Origin: Escherichia coli
GTDB lineage: Bacteria > Pseudomonadota > Gammaproteobacteria > Enterobacterales > Enterobacteriaceae
Strand: one strand, 5' to 3'
Assembly: GCF_003018255.1 (NCBI RefSeq)
Contig: NZ_CP027440.1
Length of the DNA stretch: 64,000 nucleotides
Notes under the pieces: generated by a model
What the model was told of the DNA's origin: nothing
Database searches by the model: none
What the model saw: only the letters and a program-made list of their open reading frames with translations
Translations under genes and position numbers: made by a program
Shown here: positions 1 through 11,509 of the stretch, one piece after another
How the letters are laid out: each line of letters begins with the position of its first letter
How positions within the stretch are numbered: position 1 is the first letter of the stretch

Positions 1-286
1 GGGAGAGCTGGCTAATCTGCATTACTTTCGTTAAGGGTAGCCCAGATGCCTGAACCCATTCGCGACTCAGTTTTTGTTGCGGTGTTAACCAGAGTTGCCA
101 GCGCGATTGCTGACCGAGTTGCTGTAACAATGGCAACAGTAGAAGTTGCGTCATCATGGGCTGATCTTCGCGATAGACAACTTCACTGATAAGCCCGGCT
201 GTAGTGTTTTCCGTAGAGACACGCGCAATTTTACTTGCTGCGGATGAGAACGACGAAGAACGATGTGCATAGCCTGAAGTGTACAT
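1..286 (-). CDS. sulA: SulA SOS cell-division inhibitor, N-terminal part only (gene runs off the window start)
   Basis: Minus-strand translation from ATG at comp(284..286) reads [36 protein letters not shown]..., matching recalled SulA; no stop before window edge; absent from ORF track because truncated. Confidence 0.85.
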
Positions 287-308
287 AATCAATCCAGCCC
301 CTGTGAGT

Positions 309-328
309 TACTGTATGAATGTACAGTA
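309..328. promoter_or_regulatory. LexA (SOS) box upstream of sulA
   Basis: tactgtatgaatgtacagta = CTGT-N8-ACAG palindrome, 23 bp upstream of sulA ATG. Confidence 0.8.
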
Positions 329-504
329 CATCCAGTGACGACAAAGATCAACTCTATTTTCGGAAAGAGCCTCGCAAATTTTGTCGTTGGTGACGGGAAA
401 ACATAAATTAATCTTGCCCCTTAAGAATAAGTTGCCTATTTTCGTAGTTAACGGATCCGTTAATGTGAATCATTCTTTTATGTTATGATTTTAAAAGGAA
501 TTTT

Positions 505-1134
505 ATGAAAAGCCTCTCCTATAAGCGGATCTATAAATCACAAGAATACCTGGCAACGTTGGGCACAATTGAATACCGATCATTGTTTGGTAGTTACAGC
601 CTGACCGTTGACGACACGGTGTTTGCGATGGTTTCTGATGGTGAGTTGTATCTTCGGGCTTGTGAGCAAAGTGCACAGTACTGTGTAAAACATCCGCCTG
701 TCTGGCTGACATATAAAAAGTGTGGCCGATCCGTTACCCTCAATTACTATCGGGTTGATGAAAGTCTATGGCGAAATCAACTGAAGCTGGTGCGTCTGTC
801 GAAATATTCTCTCGATGCAGCGCTGAAAGAGAAAAGCACGCGCAATACCCGGGAAAGACTGAAAGATTTGCCCAATATGTCTTTTCATCTGGAAGCGATT
901 CTCGGGGAGGTGGGGATTAAGGATGTACGGGCGTTACGTATACTTGGGGCAAAAATGTGTTGGTTGCGACTGCGGCAGCAAAACAGTCTGGTGACAGAAA
1001 AGATTCTGTTTATGCTTGAAGGGGCCATTATCGGTATTCATGAAGCTGCGCTCCCGGTGGCACGCCGCCAGGAGCTTGCAGAATGGGCTGACTCTCTTAC
1101 GCCAAAACAGGAGTTTCCTGCGGAACTTGAGTAA
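505..1134 (+). CDS. sxy: Sxy/TfoX competence regulator
   Basis: 209-aa ORF MKSLSYKRIYKSQEYLATLG...; ATG at 505 with AAGGA 6-10 nt upstream; position between sulA and yccS. Confidence 0.9.
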   Translation: MKSLSYKRIYKSQEYLATLGTIEYRSLFGSYSLTVDDTVFAMVSDGELYLRACEQSAQYCVKHPPVWLTYKKCGRSVTLNYYRVDESLWRNQLKLVRLSKYSLDAALKEKSTRNTRERLKDLPNMSFHLEAILGEVGIKDVRALRILGAKMCWLRLRQQNSLVTEKILFMLEGAIIGIHEAALPVARRQELAEWADSLTPKQEFPAELE

Positions 1135-3250
1135 TCTGGCGTTGCAGACGACCAATCTCTGGCAGTAATGCAATCAATAACCCAACTTGTTGTACGACCA
1201 GAGGTTCTTTGCTGTCTGCCCGTGGTTCAAGTTGCTGCATCCGCTGTTTCAGGCCAGCTAATGCCTGATTGACGCGTTCTTCATCAGCAGGTTGATGATG
1301 TAGCGCGTCATCAACATAGCAAACTGCGTCATCAAGAAACGCCAGAATTTCAGGATTAGTTAACTGCTCCCGGTGAGCACCGAGGGCTGAGATATAGCTG
1401 GTAAACGTATGGTTAAGGCACAGCAACCGAAACGCGGCTTCGCGAATTTGCGGGGTAACGTTCGGTTCGCTGGACATATTTGATACCACCGACGCCAGTT
1501 CAGCATCACGGTTGTGTGCATCGCGGCGGGCAATACGATACGCCAGACGGTTATCACGCCCCTGATGGTATTGTTCCAGTATGGCATCGAGATACCGGCA
1601 GTTGGCCTCTGTGGCGCGTTCGAGCATTCGCGGCAGATTGCGAAACTTCCAGTCAGGCCAGATGTAGCTCACTGCCGCCCACGCAATGGCACAACCAATC
1701 AGCGTATCGATTACGCGAGGTAACGCCACTTCAAAACCTTCACCCAGCAAGTTGAAACACAGTAGCACCAAAAGTGTGATGAACATCGTTGCATGGGCGT
1801 ATTGCACGTTACGGAAGGCAAAAAAGAGCACGCCGGTAATAACCAGCAGCACCAGCTGCCCTTCCAGTGATGGCACAAACCACAGCACAGGAATACCAAT
1901 TGCGATACCTACCAGCGTACCAATAATCCTTAACTTCAGGCGGTGGCGCGTGGCGTTATAGTTTGGCTGGCAGACAAACAAACTTGTCAGCAAGATCCAA
2001 TACCCGTGATGCATTCCGGTTATCTGAATGATGGCGTAGCCGAAGCACAACACCAGCGACATTCTTACCGCATGACGGAAGAGGGCGGATTCCGGCGTGA
2101 AGTGACGGCTAAGACGCAGCCAGATATCACTCAATCCGTGCGGGCTGTCATCAGCGAGCTCATTTTCGTCATTATTATGGGGCAGTGCCTGGGCCTGTTC
2201 TGATTCAATTGTTGCCAGTTGGGCATCAATGGCACGTAAATTGTTCAGTAAAAATCCCAGTGTTTTGAGTAAATCAGCAGGAGCGCCGTTATCGCGCATC
2301 CGCTCCAGCGCAGCATCAATATGCGTAAAAGCGCGCTCAAAATGCGGATCATGTTGATAAGGCTGACGCAGCAAAATACAGCGTGACAGTTGCTGGCACG
2401 CCTGGCCCTGCATCGACATCAGCCGCTGAAAACGGAACAGCACGTCGCTGTGGCGAAAATGTTCACGCAATGTTTGATATTGAATATGAGAAGAGCTGGC
2501 ACGCTCGTGAATATCCTGTGCGACAAAGTAATAATGCAGTGTGCGACGCGTTCCTCGTTGACCACGATCGCCACGTAAGCGGGTCAGCAGCGAGAGTTTC
2601 GTCTGATTCAATGTCGCCATCAGCTGACCGTTGGCGAGAGCCAAATCGTACAGCGGTGCCTGGCTTTCATCTTCAATATCAGGATCAAACATGCGCGACT
2701 TGAGCTCAAGATAACGCGCCAGTTGTTCATAGCAACGCGCCAGGTTGTCCTGCAGCGGGCGGACCGGGAACAGCAGATGACCAATAAGTGTCAGGACGTT
2801 GTACCAGACGGCACCGGCCAGAAGATACATCGGCTGCTGATACCAGTGCTCATACAGTGATGTTCCCAACATAGTGTAAATGGCGATCAGCAATGCACCG
2901 AAGGCAATTGTTGCATAGCGTTGACCCAGACCGCCGAGCAAAATGAAGCCGCTGGTAGAGAGCGTTAAGCCAATCGCAAATAGCCAGGGCCAGGGAAACA
3001 GCAATTCTACTGAGGCCGAGGCGATAAAAAAGCAGAACAGCGTAATGATGAGGTTACGCAAACGTCCCGCCAGTCGGTCATCGAGATCGGTCAGCGCCGC
3101 TGCCACCATCCCAAGCGTCAGCGGAATCGTCAGTTTTACATCACCCAGCCACCACGGAAACGCTGTGGTTCCACAAAGCGCAATAAAAATACGCGCGTAA
3201 TACAGCCAGGCGCTGTTCCAGGTATAGCGTTTGAGCAAAGGACTTAGCAT
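1097..3250 (-). CDS. yccS: YccS, FUSC-family inner membrane protein
   Basis: 720-aa ORF in track; start set at fourth codon (MLSPLLKRYTW...) to give 717 aa as recalled for K-12; 3' end overlaps sxy by 38 nt. Confidence 0.8.
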   Translation of the reverse strand: MLSPLLKRYTWNSAWLYYARIFIALCGTTAFPWWLGDVKLTIPLTLGMVAAALTDLDDRLAGRLRNLIITLFCFFIASASVELLFPWPWLFAIGLTLSTSGFILLGGLGQRYATIAFGALLIAIYTMLGTSLYEHWYQQPMYLLAGAVWYNVLTLIGHLLFPVRPLQDNLARCYEQLARYLELKSRMFDPDIEDESQAPLYDLALANGQLMATLNQTKLSLLTRLRGDRGQRGTRRTLHYYFVAQDIHERASSSHIQYQTLREHFRHSDVLFRFQRLMSMQGQACQQLSRCILLRQPYQHDPHFERAFTHIDAALERMRDNGAPADLLKTLGFLLNNLRAIDAQLATIESEQAQALPHNNDENELADDSPHGLSDIWLRLSRHFTPESALFRHAVRMSLVLCFGYAIIQITGMHHGYWILLTSLFVCQPNYNATRHRLKLRIIGTLVGIAIGIPVLWFVPSLEGQLVLLVITGVLFFAFRNVQYAHATMFITLLVLLCFNLLGEGFEVALPRVIDTLIGCAIAWAAVSYIWPDWKFRNLPRMLERATEANCRYLDAILEQYHQGRDNRLAYRIARRDAHNRDAELASVVSNMSSEPNVTPQIREAAFRLLCLNHTFTSYISALGAHREQLTNPEILAFLDDAVCYVDDALHHQPADEERVNQALAGLKQRMQQLEPRADSKEPLVVQQVGLLIALLPEIGRLQRQITQVPQETPVLA

Positions 3251-3268
3251 AAAGGCCATATTAGTGGA

Positions 3269-3715
3269 TTATTGGAAACGACGACGTGCATTGGCTTCGC
3301 GCGCAGCTTGCGCTGTTTCTACCGATACCACGCGACGACCGACCGGCCATAGTGCAATAGCGGCAATTTTAAAGTTCGCAATACCGACAGGAATGCCAAT
3401 GATGGAAATACATTGTGCGATGCCCGTTGCAATGTGCATCAGGCATAACCACCAGCCAAAGAAAATCAGCCAGAAAATATTCAATACCGTACCGCCAGTA
3501 TTTAGCAGCACATTTTTGCCAGCCGGGTTCAGTTCATCGACATGAATAGCTTCATTGCCATAAGGCACCAGAGACAGTTTGGTGATCTCCCAGCAGGATC
3601 GTGTCAGTGGTAAGGTAAAAATCAGCACAATACTGACCAGAGTCGCCAACAGCCAGCCCAGAGTGGTGGCAAATCCGCCAAGCACAAAGTTCAGAATGTT
3701 CAAAACGGTACGCAT
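3269..3715 (-). CDS. yccF: YccF small inner membrane protein (DUF307)
   Basis: 148-aa hydrophobic ORF directly downstream of yccS. Confidence 0.8.
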   Translation of the reverse strand: MRTVLNILNFVLGGFATTLGWLLATLVSIVLIFTLPLTRSCWEITKLSLVPYGNEAIHVDELNPAGKNVLLNTGGTVLNIFWLIFFGWWLCLMHIATGIAQCISIIGIPVGIANFKIAAIALWPVGRRVVSVETAQAAREANARRRFQ

Positions 3716-3837
3716 AAAACCTCGCTTTACTGTGGTTTTCAGTAATGGGCGGCAATTGTAACGTTTTTTTGGGCTGGAGCACGTTTTCTCTGACGGTTAC
3801 ACTGATAAGAAATAATTTCGTGTGGATCTACAGAGTC

Positions 3838-5892
3838 ATGGAACTGAAAGCGACAACGCTTGGAAAACGTCTGGCACAGCACCCTTACGATCGGGCGGTG
3901 ATCCTCAATGCCGGGATTAAAGTCTCCGGCGATCGCCACGAATACCTTATTCCTTTCAATCAATTACTGGCGATTCACTGTAAGCGCGGTCTGGTATGGG
4001 GCGAACTGGAGTTTGTACTGCCGGACGAAAAAGTGGTGCGTCTGCACGGCACCGAATGGGGCGAGACGCAGCGTTTTTACCATCATCTTGATGCTCACTG
4101 GCGGCGGTGGAGTGGCGAGATGAGCGAAATTGCGTCTGGCGTTTTACGTCAGCAACTGGATTTGATTGCCACGCGCACCGGAGAAAATAAATGGCTGACG
4201 CGTGAGCAAACCTCTGGCGTGCAGCAACAAATCCGCCAGGCTTTGTCGGCGTTACCATTGCCGGTTAACCGACTGGAAGAATTCGATAACTGCCGTGAGG
4301 CGTGGCGTAAATGTCAGGCCTGGTTGAAGGACATTGAAGGCGCTCGGTTGCAGTATAATCAGGCGTATACCGAAGCCATGCTTACCGAGTATGCGGATTT
4401 TTTCCGCCAGGTCGAGTCTTCACCGCTGAATCCGGCGCAGGCCCGGGCAGTCGTTAATGGCGAGCATTCTCTGTTAGTGCTGGCAGGTGCAGGAAGCGGA
4501 AAAACGTCGGTGCTGGTGGCCCGTGCTGGCTGGTTACTGGCGCGTGGTGAAGCGTCTCCTGAGCAAATTTTATTGCTGGCGTTTGGTCGCAAAGCCGCTG
4601 AAGAGATGCACGAGCGTATTCGAGAACGACTACATACCGAAGACATTACCGCACGCACGTTTCATGCGCTGGCGCTGCATATTATTCAGCAGGGCAGCAA
4701 AAAAGTTCCGATAGTCAGCAAACTGGAAAATGATACCGCTGCCCGTCATGAACTTTTTATTGCTGAGTGGCGCAAGCAATGCAGCGAAAAGAAAGCGCAG
4801 GCGAAGGGCTGGCGGCAATGGCTGACGGAAGAAATGCAGTGGTCAGTGCCAGAAGGTAATTTCTGGGATGATGAAAAATTACAGCGTCGTCTTGCCTCTC
4901 GCCTCGATCGCTGGGTAAGTCTGATGCGGATGCACGGTGGTGCACAGGCAGAAATGATTGCCAGTGCACCCGAAGAGATTCGCGATCTGTTCAGTAAACG
5001 TATCAAGTTGATGGCCCCGTTATTAAAAGCCTGGAAAGGTGCGCTGAAGGCAGAAAACGCTGTCGATTTTTCGGGCCTTATTCACCAGGCGATTGTGATT
5101 CTGGAGAAAGGTCGCTTTATCAGCCCGTGGAAGCATATTCTGGTTGATGAATTTCAGGATATCTCGCCGCAGCGTGCAGCGTTGTTAGCGGCATTACGCA
5201 AGCAAAATAGTCAAACGACGTTGTTCGCTGTTGGTGATGACTGGCAGGCGATTTACCGATTCAGCGGTGCGCAAATGTCGCTTACCACGGCTTTCCATGA
5301 AAACTTTGGTGAAGGTGATCGCTGTGATTTAGACACGACCTACCGTTTTAACAGTCGTATCGGTGAGGTGGCAAACAGGTTTATTCAGCAGAACCCAGGC
5401 CAGCTTAAAAAGCCGCTAAACAGCTTAACCAATGGAGACAAAAAAGCCGTCACGTTATTGGATGAGGGTCAACTTGACGCTTTGCTGGATAAACTCTCTG
5501 GTTATGCCAAACCGGAAGAGCGCATTCTGATCCTGGCGCGTTACCATCACATGAGGCCTGCCAGCCTGGAAAAAGCAGCAACACGCTGGCCGAAGTTGCA
5601 AATCGACTTTATGACCATTCATGCCAGCAAAGGGCAACAGGCGGATTACGTCATCATCGTTGGCTTGCAGGAGGGGAGTGATGGTTTTCCGGCTGCGGCG
5701 CGGGAGTCGATTATGGAAGAGGCGCTACTGCCACCGGTTGAGGATTTCCCGGACGCTGAAGAACGGCGGTTAATGTACGTGGCGCTGACCCGGGCACGCC
5801 ATCGGGTATGGGCACTGTTTAACAAAGAGAATCCCTCTCCCTTTGTGGAAATACTGAAAAATCTGGATGTGCCGGTGGCGAGAAAACCGTAA
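3838..5892 (+). CDS. helD: DNA helicase IV
   Basis: ORF track 3745..5892; start moved to ATG at 3838 (MELKATTLGKRLAQHPYDRAV...) giving 684 aa; Walker A AGAGSGKTS and UvrD-like motifs. Confidence 0.9.
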   Translation: MELKATTLGKRLAQHPYDRAVILNAGIKVSGDRHEYLIPFNQLLAIHCKRGLVWGELEFVLPDEKVVRLHGTEWGETQRFYHHLDAHWRRWSGEMSEIASGVLRQQLDLIATRTGENKWLTREQTSGVQQQIRQALSALPLPVNRLEEFDNCREAWRKCQAWLKDIEGARLQYNQAYTEAMLTEYADFFRQVESSPLNPAQARAVVNGEHSLLVLAGAGSGKTSVLVARAGWLLARGEASPEQILLLAFGRKAAEEMHERIRERLHTEDITARTFHALALHIIQQGSKKVPIVSKLENDTAARHELFIAEWRKQCSEKKAQAKGWRQWLTEEMQWSVPEGNFWDDEKLQRRLASRLDRWVSLMRMHGGAQAEMIASAPEEIRDLFSKRIKLMAPLLKAWKGALKAENAVDFSGLIHQAIVILEKGRFISPWKHILVDEFQDISPQRAALLAALRKQNSQTTLFAVGDDWQAIYRFSGAQMSLTTAFHENFGEGDRCDLDTTYRFNSRIGEVANRFIQQNPGQLKKPLNSLTNGDKKAVTLLDEGQLDALLDKLSGYAKPEERILILARYHHMRPASLEKAATRWPKLQIDFMTIHASKGQQADYVIIVGLQEGSDGFPAAARESIMEEALLPPVEDFPDAEERRLMYVALTRARHRVWALFNKENPSPFVEILKNLDVPVARKP

Positions 5893-5895
5893 GAA

Positions 5896-5917
5896 ACAGG
5901 TGGCGTTTGCCACCTGT
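5896..5917. terminator. Hairpin between convergent helD and mgsA, probable bidirectional terminator
   Basis: acaggtggc-gttt-gccacctgt, perfect 9-bp stem with 4-nt loop. Confidence 0.5.
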
Positions 5918-5923
5918 GCAATA

Positions 5924-6382
5924 TTACTTCAGACGGTCCGCGAGATAACGCTGATAATCGGGGATCAGAATATCGACCGCGTCGTTGAAATGCGGCGACT
6001 GGATAATGAAGTCTGCCGTTGCCACGTTGGTGGCAACCGGAATGTTCCATACCGTCGCCAGACGCAGCAAGGCTTTCACGTCAGGATCGTGCGGAACGGC
6101 ATTTAGTGGGTCCCAGAAGAAAATCAATACATCAATTTTCCCTTCTGAGATCAATGCGCCAACCTGCTGGTCACCCCCCATTGGGCCACTCAACATCGCG
6201 TTGACGTTCATGCCGGTTGCACGGGAAATCAAGTTACCGGTAGTGCCTGTTGCATACAGTACGTGTTGTTCCAGTAACGGTTGATGTCGTTCCACCCAGC
6301 TCATCAGCATTTGTTTGCAGTGATCGTGTGCCACCAGCGCAATATGTTTCCGCGCAGGTAAAGTGCGTGTCGTCAGTTCCAT
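5924..6382 (-). CDS. mgsA: Methylglyoxal synthase
   Basis: [24 protein letters not shown]... 152 aa from ATG at comp(6380..6382). Confidence 0.9.
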
Positions 6383-6477
6383 AATGTACATCCGTAGTTA
6401 ACTTTCCTACAGATTACTGTAAGCACTTATCGCTGCAAGAGAAAGACCGAAAAAGCCTGCGCACAGGCACAAAAATC

Positions 6478-7140
6478 TCAGGAGGATGGTTGTTTTTCCG
6501 CCCATTGCAGGAAAGTATTTCGCGTTTGTGGGTCAGCCAGTTTAAACCAATACTTCAGCCGTTGTTCTGTGAGCACCTGAGACTGCGGCGGAATAGCATC
6601 CAGCTCGGAAACACCCGAAAGCAGCGTACTGTCATCTGCCATCATCGTGGCAAATTGCGGTAGTGAAGCGCGTTTCGCGGATTTGTTATAGCGTTCAACC
6701 TCGACCTCATAATCAATCGTTTTTGCAGTTGAGGTAATGGCGAGAATATCCAGCTTTACCGGAATCGGCGTCGCATCGCCATCCAACAATTCAAGGCGCG
6801 GCGCGGCATCAAAATGGTTAGCTTCCCGCTCATTCTCCAGGCGAGGCAGGCGAAAATTGACCTGGTTGATGAGCTGGGTATTAAAACTAACCACCAGTGG
6901 AGGGGAGATATAGAGCCGTTCTTCACTATTGGAAAGATGAATCGTCTTCTCAACGCGAAACACTAACTGATGCGGTCCATTGTCCAGTTCAATGCTGTCC
7001 GCACCACGCAGCAGAGAGCTGGAAACCTTCTTACCGTCGAGTACCAGAAGATCGACATCGGTAGAAAGCCGCAGCGTGGTGGCAAAAACGGATACCGGCA
7101 AACATAATGCAATCAAGGTGGTCACGATGCCGGTTTTCAT
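6478..7140 (-). CDS. yccT: YccT, DUF2057 periplasmic protein
   Basis: 220-aa ORF with N-terminal signal peptide [20 protein letters not shown]. Confidence 0.8.
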
Positions 7141-7312
7141 AGATAGCTCCTGTTAAAAGACCGCCCGAATAATAATGTGTCAAAATTTTTCTTTAATCAT
7201 ACTTACTAACATATAGATATATTTCCCGCTTTTGCTCTCATTCATTCGTATTAGCTGCATGGTTGGCATGTCGGCTTTGTCGTACACTTTGTTAAACAGT
7301 CTGGAGGAAATA

Positions 7313-7768
7313 ATGAAAGAAACCGATATTGCAGGCATTTTAACGTCCACTCACACCATTGCGCTGGTGGGGGCAAGCGACAAACCCGATCGTCCCAGCT
7401 ATCGCGTGATGAAATATCTACTCGACCAGGGGTATCACGTCATTCCTGTTTCGCCAAAAGTTGCCGGCAAAACACTGCTGGGCCAGCAGGGGTATGGCAC
7501 GCTGGCAGACGTTCCGGAAAAAGTCGATATGGTCGATGTTTTCCGTAATTCAGAAGCGGCGTGGGGCGTGGCGCAGGAAGCTATCGCCATTGGTGCGAAA
7601 ACCCTCTGGATGCAACTGGGGGTGATTAATGAGCAAGCGGCAGTGCTGGCGCGTGATGCAGGGCTAAACGTGGTGATGGATCGCTGCCCGGCGATTGAGA
7701 TCCCTCGTCTGGGCCTGGCAAAAAAAAAAAATACCCGGAAGGCGAAAACCTTCCGGGTATGTTTATGA
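7313..7768 (+). CDS. yccU: YccU CoA-binding domain protein (3' end uncertain, see findings)
   Basis: ATG at 7313 preceded by [35 protein letters not shown]...; frame runs through an A12 tract before the stop at 7766..7768. Confidence 0.8.
   Translation: MKETDIAGILTSTHTIALVGASDKPDRPSYRVMKYLLDQGYHVIPVSPKVAGKTLLGQQGYGTLADVPEKVDMVDVFRNSEAAWGVAQEAIAIGAKTLWMQLGVINEQAAVLARDAGLNVVMDRCPAIEIPRLGLAKKKNTRKAKTFRVCL
7733..7758 (-). terminator. Rho-independent terminator of hspQ; its U-tract is the A12 run on the plus strand
   Basis: acccggaagg-cgaaaa-ccttccgggt hairpin followed on the minus strand by T12 (7720..7731). Confidence 0.65.
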
Positions 7769-7771
7769 GGA

Positions 7772-8146
<375 letters not shown>

Positions 8147-9337
8147 TTACATGACGCGACAGGCAAACCCTTTCAGATATAGCCCTTCCGGGTAGGTAGC
8201 GATCACCGGATGATCGGCTGCCTGACGGAACTGCTCTATAAATTGTACATCACGACCGGCATCAATTGCGGCATCCGCGATGATTTTCTGAAATAAATCG
8301 CTGGTCATCAGACCGGAACAGGAGAAAGTCAGGAGAACACCGCCTTCATTCAGCAACTGAATCGCCAGCATGTTGATGTCTTTATAACCACGACACGCGC
8401 CCATCAACTGGCTTTTATTCTCAACAAACTTCGGCGGGTCCATCACGATAACGTCAAATTTTTCACCGCGATCGCGATAAGTACGCAGCAATTTAAAGAC
8501 ATCATCACGGACAAACTCAGCCTTGCTCAGATCCAGTTTGTTCAGCTCAACGTTCTGCCGTGCAATATCCAGCGCTTCGTGGGAGGTATCAACGCTGACA
8601 ACCTGGCTGCAACCGCCCATCAATGCCGATACGGCGAAACCACCGGTATAGGAGAAACAGTTAAGTACGCGTTTATTTTCGACGTAGCGGCGGGTAGCCA
8701 GGCGGCTGTCACGCTGGTCCAGGTAGTAGCCCGTTTTGTGTCCGTGCTGAATATCCACCAGCAGTTTCATGCCGTGTTCTTCAATCGGCAGCAGGGCAGG
8801 CGGCAACTCGCCGGTGATGGGGCCCTGAGTCAGCTCCATCCCTTCTTTTTTACGTACCGCGACGTCGCTGCGATCGTAAATAGCACATTCCGGGTACAGC
8901 GTTTGCAGGGCGCTAATTAATGCCGCGCGCTGATACTCTGCGCCAGCACTCAGCAGTTGCAGCACCAGAAAATTACCGAAACGATCGATAGTAATACCCG
9001 GCAGGCCATCAGATTCTCCGGCGATTAAACGATAGCTGTCGAGGCCATCTTTTTGCGCCAGCCAGTCACGCCATTTTTGTGCTTGCTGCAAACGGCGGGT
9101 AAAAAAAGCAATGTCGATAGACTCTGACGGGTCAAACGTCCAGACGCGCGCCCGGATTTGCGAAGCTGGCGAATAAGCGCCGCGTGCTAACCATTTTCCC
9201 TGATGATCAACAATATCGATGGTTTCACCGAGGCTGGCTTTACCTTCCATGCGGGCAACGGCCCCGGAAAAGACCCACGGATGGCGACGAAGTAATGATT
9301 TTTCGCGCCCTTTGGCTAACACTAAACGTACACTCAT
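8147..9337 (-). CDS. rlmI: 23S rRNA m5C1962 methyltransferase
   Basis: 396-aa [30 protein letters not shown]..., SAM-methyltransferase and PUA features. Confidence 0.9.
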   Translation of the reverse strand: MSVRLVLAKGREKSLLRRHPWVFSGAVARMEGKASLGETIDIVDHQGKWLARGAYSPASQIRARVWTFDPSESIDIAFFTRRLQQAQKWRDWLAQKDGLDSYRLIAGESDGLPGITIDRFGNFLVLQLLSAGAEYQRAALISALQTLYPECAIYDRSDVAVRKKEGMELTQGPITGELPPALLPIEEHGMKLLVDIQHGHKTGYYLDQRDSRLATRRYVENKRVLNCFSYTGGFAVSALMGGCSQVVSVDTSHEALDIARQNVELNKLDLSKAEFVRDDVFKLLRTYRDRGEKFDVIVMDPPKFVENKSQLMGACRGYKDINMLAIQLLNEGGVLLTFSCSGLMTSDLFQKIIADAAIDAGRDVQFIEQFRQAADHPVIATYPEGLYLKGFACRVM

Positions 9338-9431
9338 AATTTACTTTTCTGTCGATGCAAAGAAATGGGCGTCATTGTCCGGAGTTTTCCATGGATTTGC
9401 AACGCGTCCATTAAGGATAAGGAGAGCAGCA

Positions 9432-9710
9432 ATGTCGAAAGTCTGCATAATTGCCTGGGTTTACGGGCGAGTTCAGGGCGTAGGATTCCGCTACACCACG
9501 CAGTACGAAGCGAAAAAACTGGGACTAACCGGGTACGCCAAAAATCTTGACGATGGCAGCGTGGAAGTGGTTGCCTGCGGTGACGAAGGGCAGGTGGAAA
9601 AATTAATGCAGTGGTTAAAAAGTGGCGGCCCGCGTTCAGCGCGTGTGGAACGGGTGCTTAGCGAGCCGCATCATCCCTCCGGGGAGTTAACGGATTTTCG
9701 TATCCGTTAA
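9432..9710 (+). CDS. yccX: Acylphosphatase
   Basis: [38 protein letters not shown]... 92 aa; acylphosphatase signature VQGVGFR. Confidence 0.85.
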   Translation: MSKVCIIAWVYGRVQGVGFRYTTQYEAKKLGLTGYAKNLDDGSVEVVACGDEGQVEKLMQWLKSGGPRSARVERVLSEPHHPSGELTDFRIR

Positions 9711-10036
9711 ATGCATTTTACCGGTTTAGGCAGGCCAGCAATTTTGGTGGCTTGCTTTGCCGGACCTTTCGGGAACAGTCGGTACAGATAGCGGCTATTG
9801 CCTTTCTCTTCGCCAAATTTATTCGCCATCGCTTTTACCAGCATACGAATCGCCGGAGAAGTATTGAATTCCAGATAGAAATCACGCACAAAACGCACCA
9901 CTTCCCAGTGTTCTGGCGACAGCGCAATCCCTTCGTTCTCTGCAATCACCACCGCCAGTGGTTCACTCCACTGGCTGCTTTCTTTGAGATAGCCTTCGGT
10001 ATCCGTTTCTATCTCTTTACCTTCGAAGATCAGCAT
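9707..10036 (-). CDS. tusE: TusE sulfur-relay protein (DsrC-like)
   Basis: 109-aa [26 protein letters not shown]... ending in conserved C-terminal cysteine region PKPVKCI. Confidence 0.85.
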   Translation of the reverse strand: MLIFEGKEIETDTEGYLKESSQWSEPLAVVIAENEGIALSPEHWEVVRFVRDFYLEFNTSPAIRMLVKAMANKFGEEKGNSRYLYRLFPKGPAKQATKIAGLPKPVKCI

Positions 10037-10127
10037 AATTCTTTACTACCTTAATCAGACTGGCGGCAGTGTAACAAAAAACAAAGCCCCGCATAAAGCG
10101 AGGCTCGGTAAGTAACCCTGGGCGAGA

Positions 10128-10787
10128 TTAATCGCGGCTGGCGAAGCCCAGAATGCTCAGCAGGCTGACGAAGATGTTGTACAGCGAAACATACAGGCTA
10201 ACCGTGGCACGAATATAGTTCGTTTCACCGCCATGAATGATGTTGCTGGTTTCAAACAAAATAGCGCCAGAGGAGATCAGAATGAAGACCGCGCTGATCG
10301 CCAGATGCAGAGCAGGCAGTTGCAGGAAGATATTAGCAACCATACCAATCAGCACCACCACAATACCCGCCATCAGCATACCGCCAAGGAATGACATATC
10401 TTTGCGGGTGGTCAGCACATACGCAGAGCAGCAGAAGAACACTAACGCCGTTCCGCCCAGTGCCATAGCGATTACGTCACCCATTCCGGCAGACAGATAG
10501 GTGTTCAGAATTGGTCCGAGGATATAACCCAGAAAACCGGTAAAGGCGAATGCGGAGATAATCCCGGTCGGCTTATTCGCCGTTTTGTAGGTCAGGAACA
10601 TCAAACCATACATACCCACCAGCGTCAGAATCAGACCCGGAGATGGCAGCATCAGCACCGTACTGGCAGTTGCGGTAATCGCCGAAAAGGCCAGCGTCAG
10701 GCTCAGCAGAAAATAGGTATTACGCAGCACCTTATGGGTGCTAAGCAGCGATGTACGGTCATGTGAAGAACTAACTATACGATCCAT
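10128..10787 (-). CDS. yccA: YccA, BAX-inhibitor-1 family membrane protein (FtsH modulator)
   Basis: 219-aa polytopic [40 protein letters not shown]... Confidence 0.9.
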   Translation of the reverse strand: MDRIVSSSHDRTSLLSTHKVLRNTYFLLSLTLAFSAITATASTVLMLPSPGLILTLVGMYGLMFLTYKTANKPTGIISAFAFTGFLGYILGPILNTYLSAGMGDVIAMALGGTALVFFCCSAYVLTTRKDMSFLGGMLMAGIVVVLIGMVANIFLQLPALHLAISAVFILISSGAILFETSNIIHGGETNYIRATVSLYVSLYNIFVSLLSILGFASRD

Positions 10788-10951
10788 TGAGTCACTCTCT
10801 ATGACAGATGTAATTAATTAAGCAGCATAATGATAATGTGGGAAGGTACACAGAAGTTTTACCCATCTTTACGCATTTGATCTGAAACAAGTTTCACAGC
10901 GGAGTCTCAGGTCATTAGGCAGTGATATAACGCCCTGAGAATTTCGACAGG

Positions 10952-10987
10952 CAAAAGAAAAAGGGGTTAGCATTTAGCTAACCCCTT
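10952..10987 (-). terminator. Rho-independent terminator downstream of serT
   Basis: aaggggttagc / gctaacccctt stem with U-tract (tttcttttg) on the minus strand. Confidence 0.6.
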
Positions 10988-10995
10988 ATCTTATT

Positions 10996-11083
10996 TGGCG
11001 GAAGCGCAGAGATTCGAACTCTGGAACCCTTTCGGGTCGCCGGTTTTCAAGACCGGTGCCTTCAACCGCTCGGCCACACTTCC
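10996..11083 (-). tRNA. serT: tRNA-Ser (anticodon UGA)
   Basis: Reverse complement reads GGAAGTGTGGCCGAGCGGTTGAAGGCACCGGTCTTGAAAACCGGCGACCCGAAAGGGTTCCAGAGTTCGAATCTCTGCGCTTCCGCCA; long variable arm, encoded CCA. Confidence 0.95.
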
Positions 11084-11509
11084 GGAATGACGCGCACTAT
11101 AAACATCCCGATGCAGCGTGTAAACCCCTAATTTGTTTGTTTGCCTGAAAAACAGCCAAAAGTGCATTGATAGCGTGAAATAACAGCAGATTGATCATTT
11201 CATCACCATGAATTCCTTCTCTTTTACTCGTTTAGCAATCGGCTAAACATCCCCACCGCCCGGTAAAAAGAAAAATAGGTCCATTTTTATCGCTAAAAGA
11301 TAAATCCACACAGTTTGTATTGTTTTGTGCAAAAGTTTCACTACGCTTTATTAACAATACTTTCTGGCGACGTGCGCCAGTGCAGAAGGATGAGCTTTCG
11401 TTTTCAGCATCTCACGTGAAGCGATGGTTTGCCTTGCTACAGGGACGTCGCTTGCCGACCATAAGCGCCCGGTGTCCTGCCGGTGTCGCAAGGAGAAGAG
11501 ACGTGCGAT

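Noticed and set aside
10788..11083. Genomic island integrated at tRNA-Ser (serT)
   Set aside because: The tRNA 3' end is followed within about 210 bp by yccA, with only a terminator hairpin between. There is no integrase and no duplicated tRNA 3' segment.
11100..11480. Possible coding sequence or sRNA between serT and hyaA
   Set aside because: The only ORF (11320..11517) runs into the hyaA start. The interval is better explained as the anaerobically regulated hya promoter, and I could not identify a convincing structure or motif by eye.
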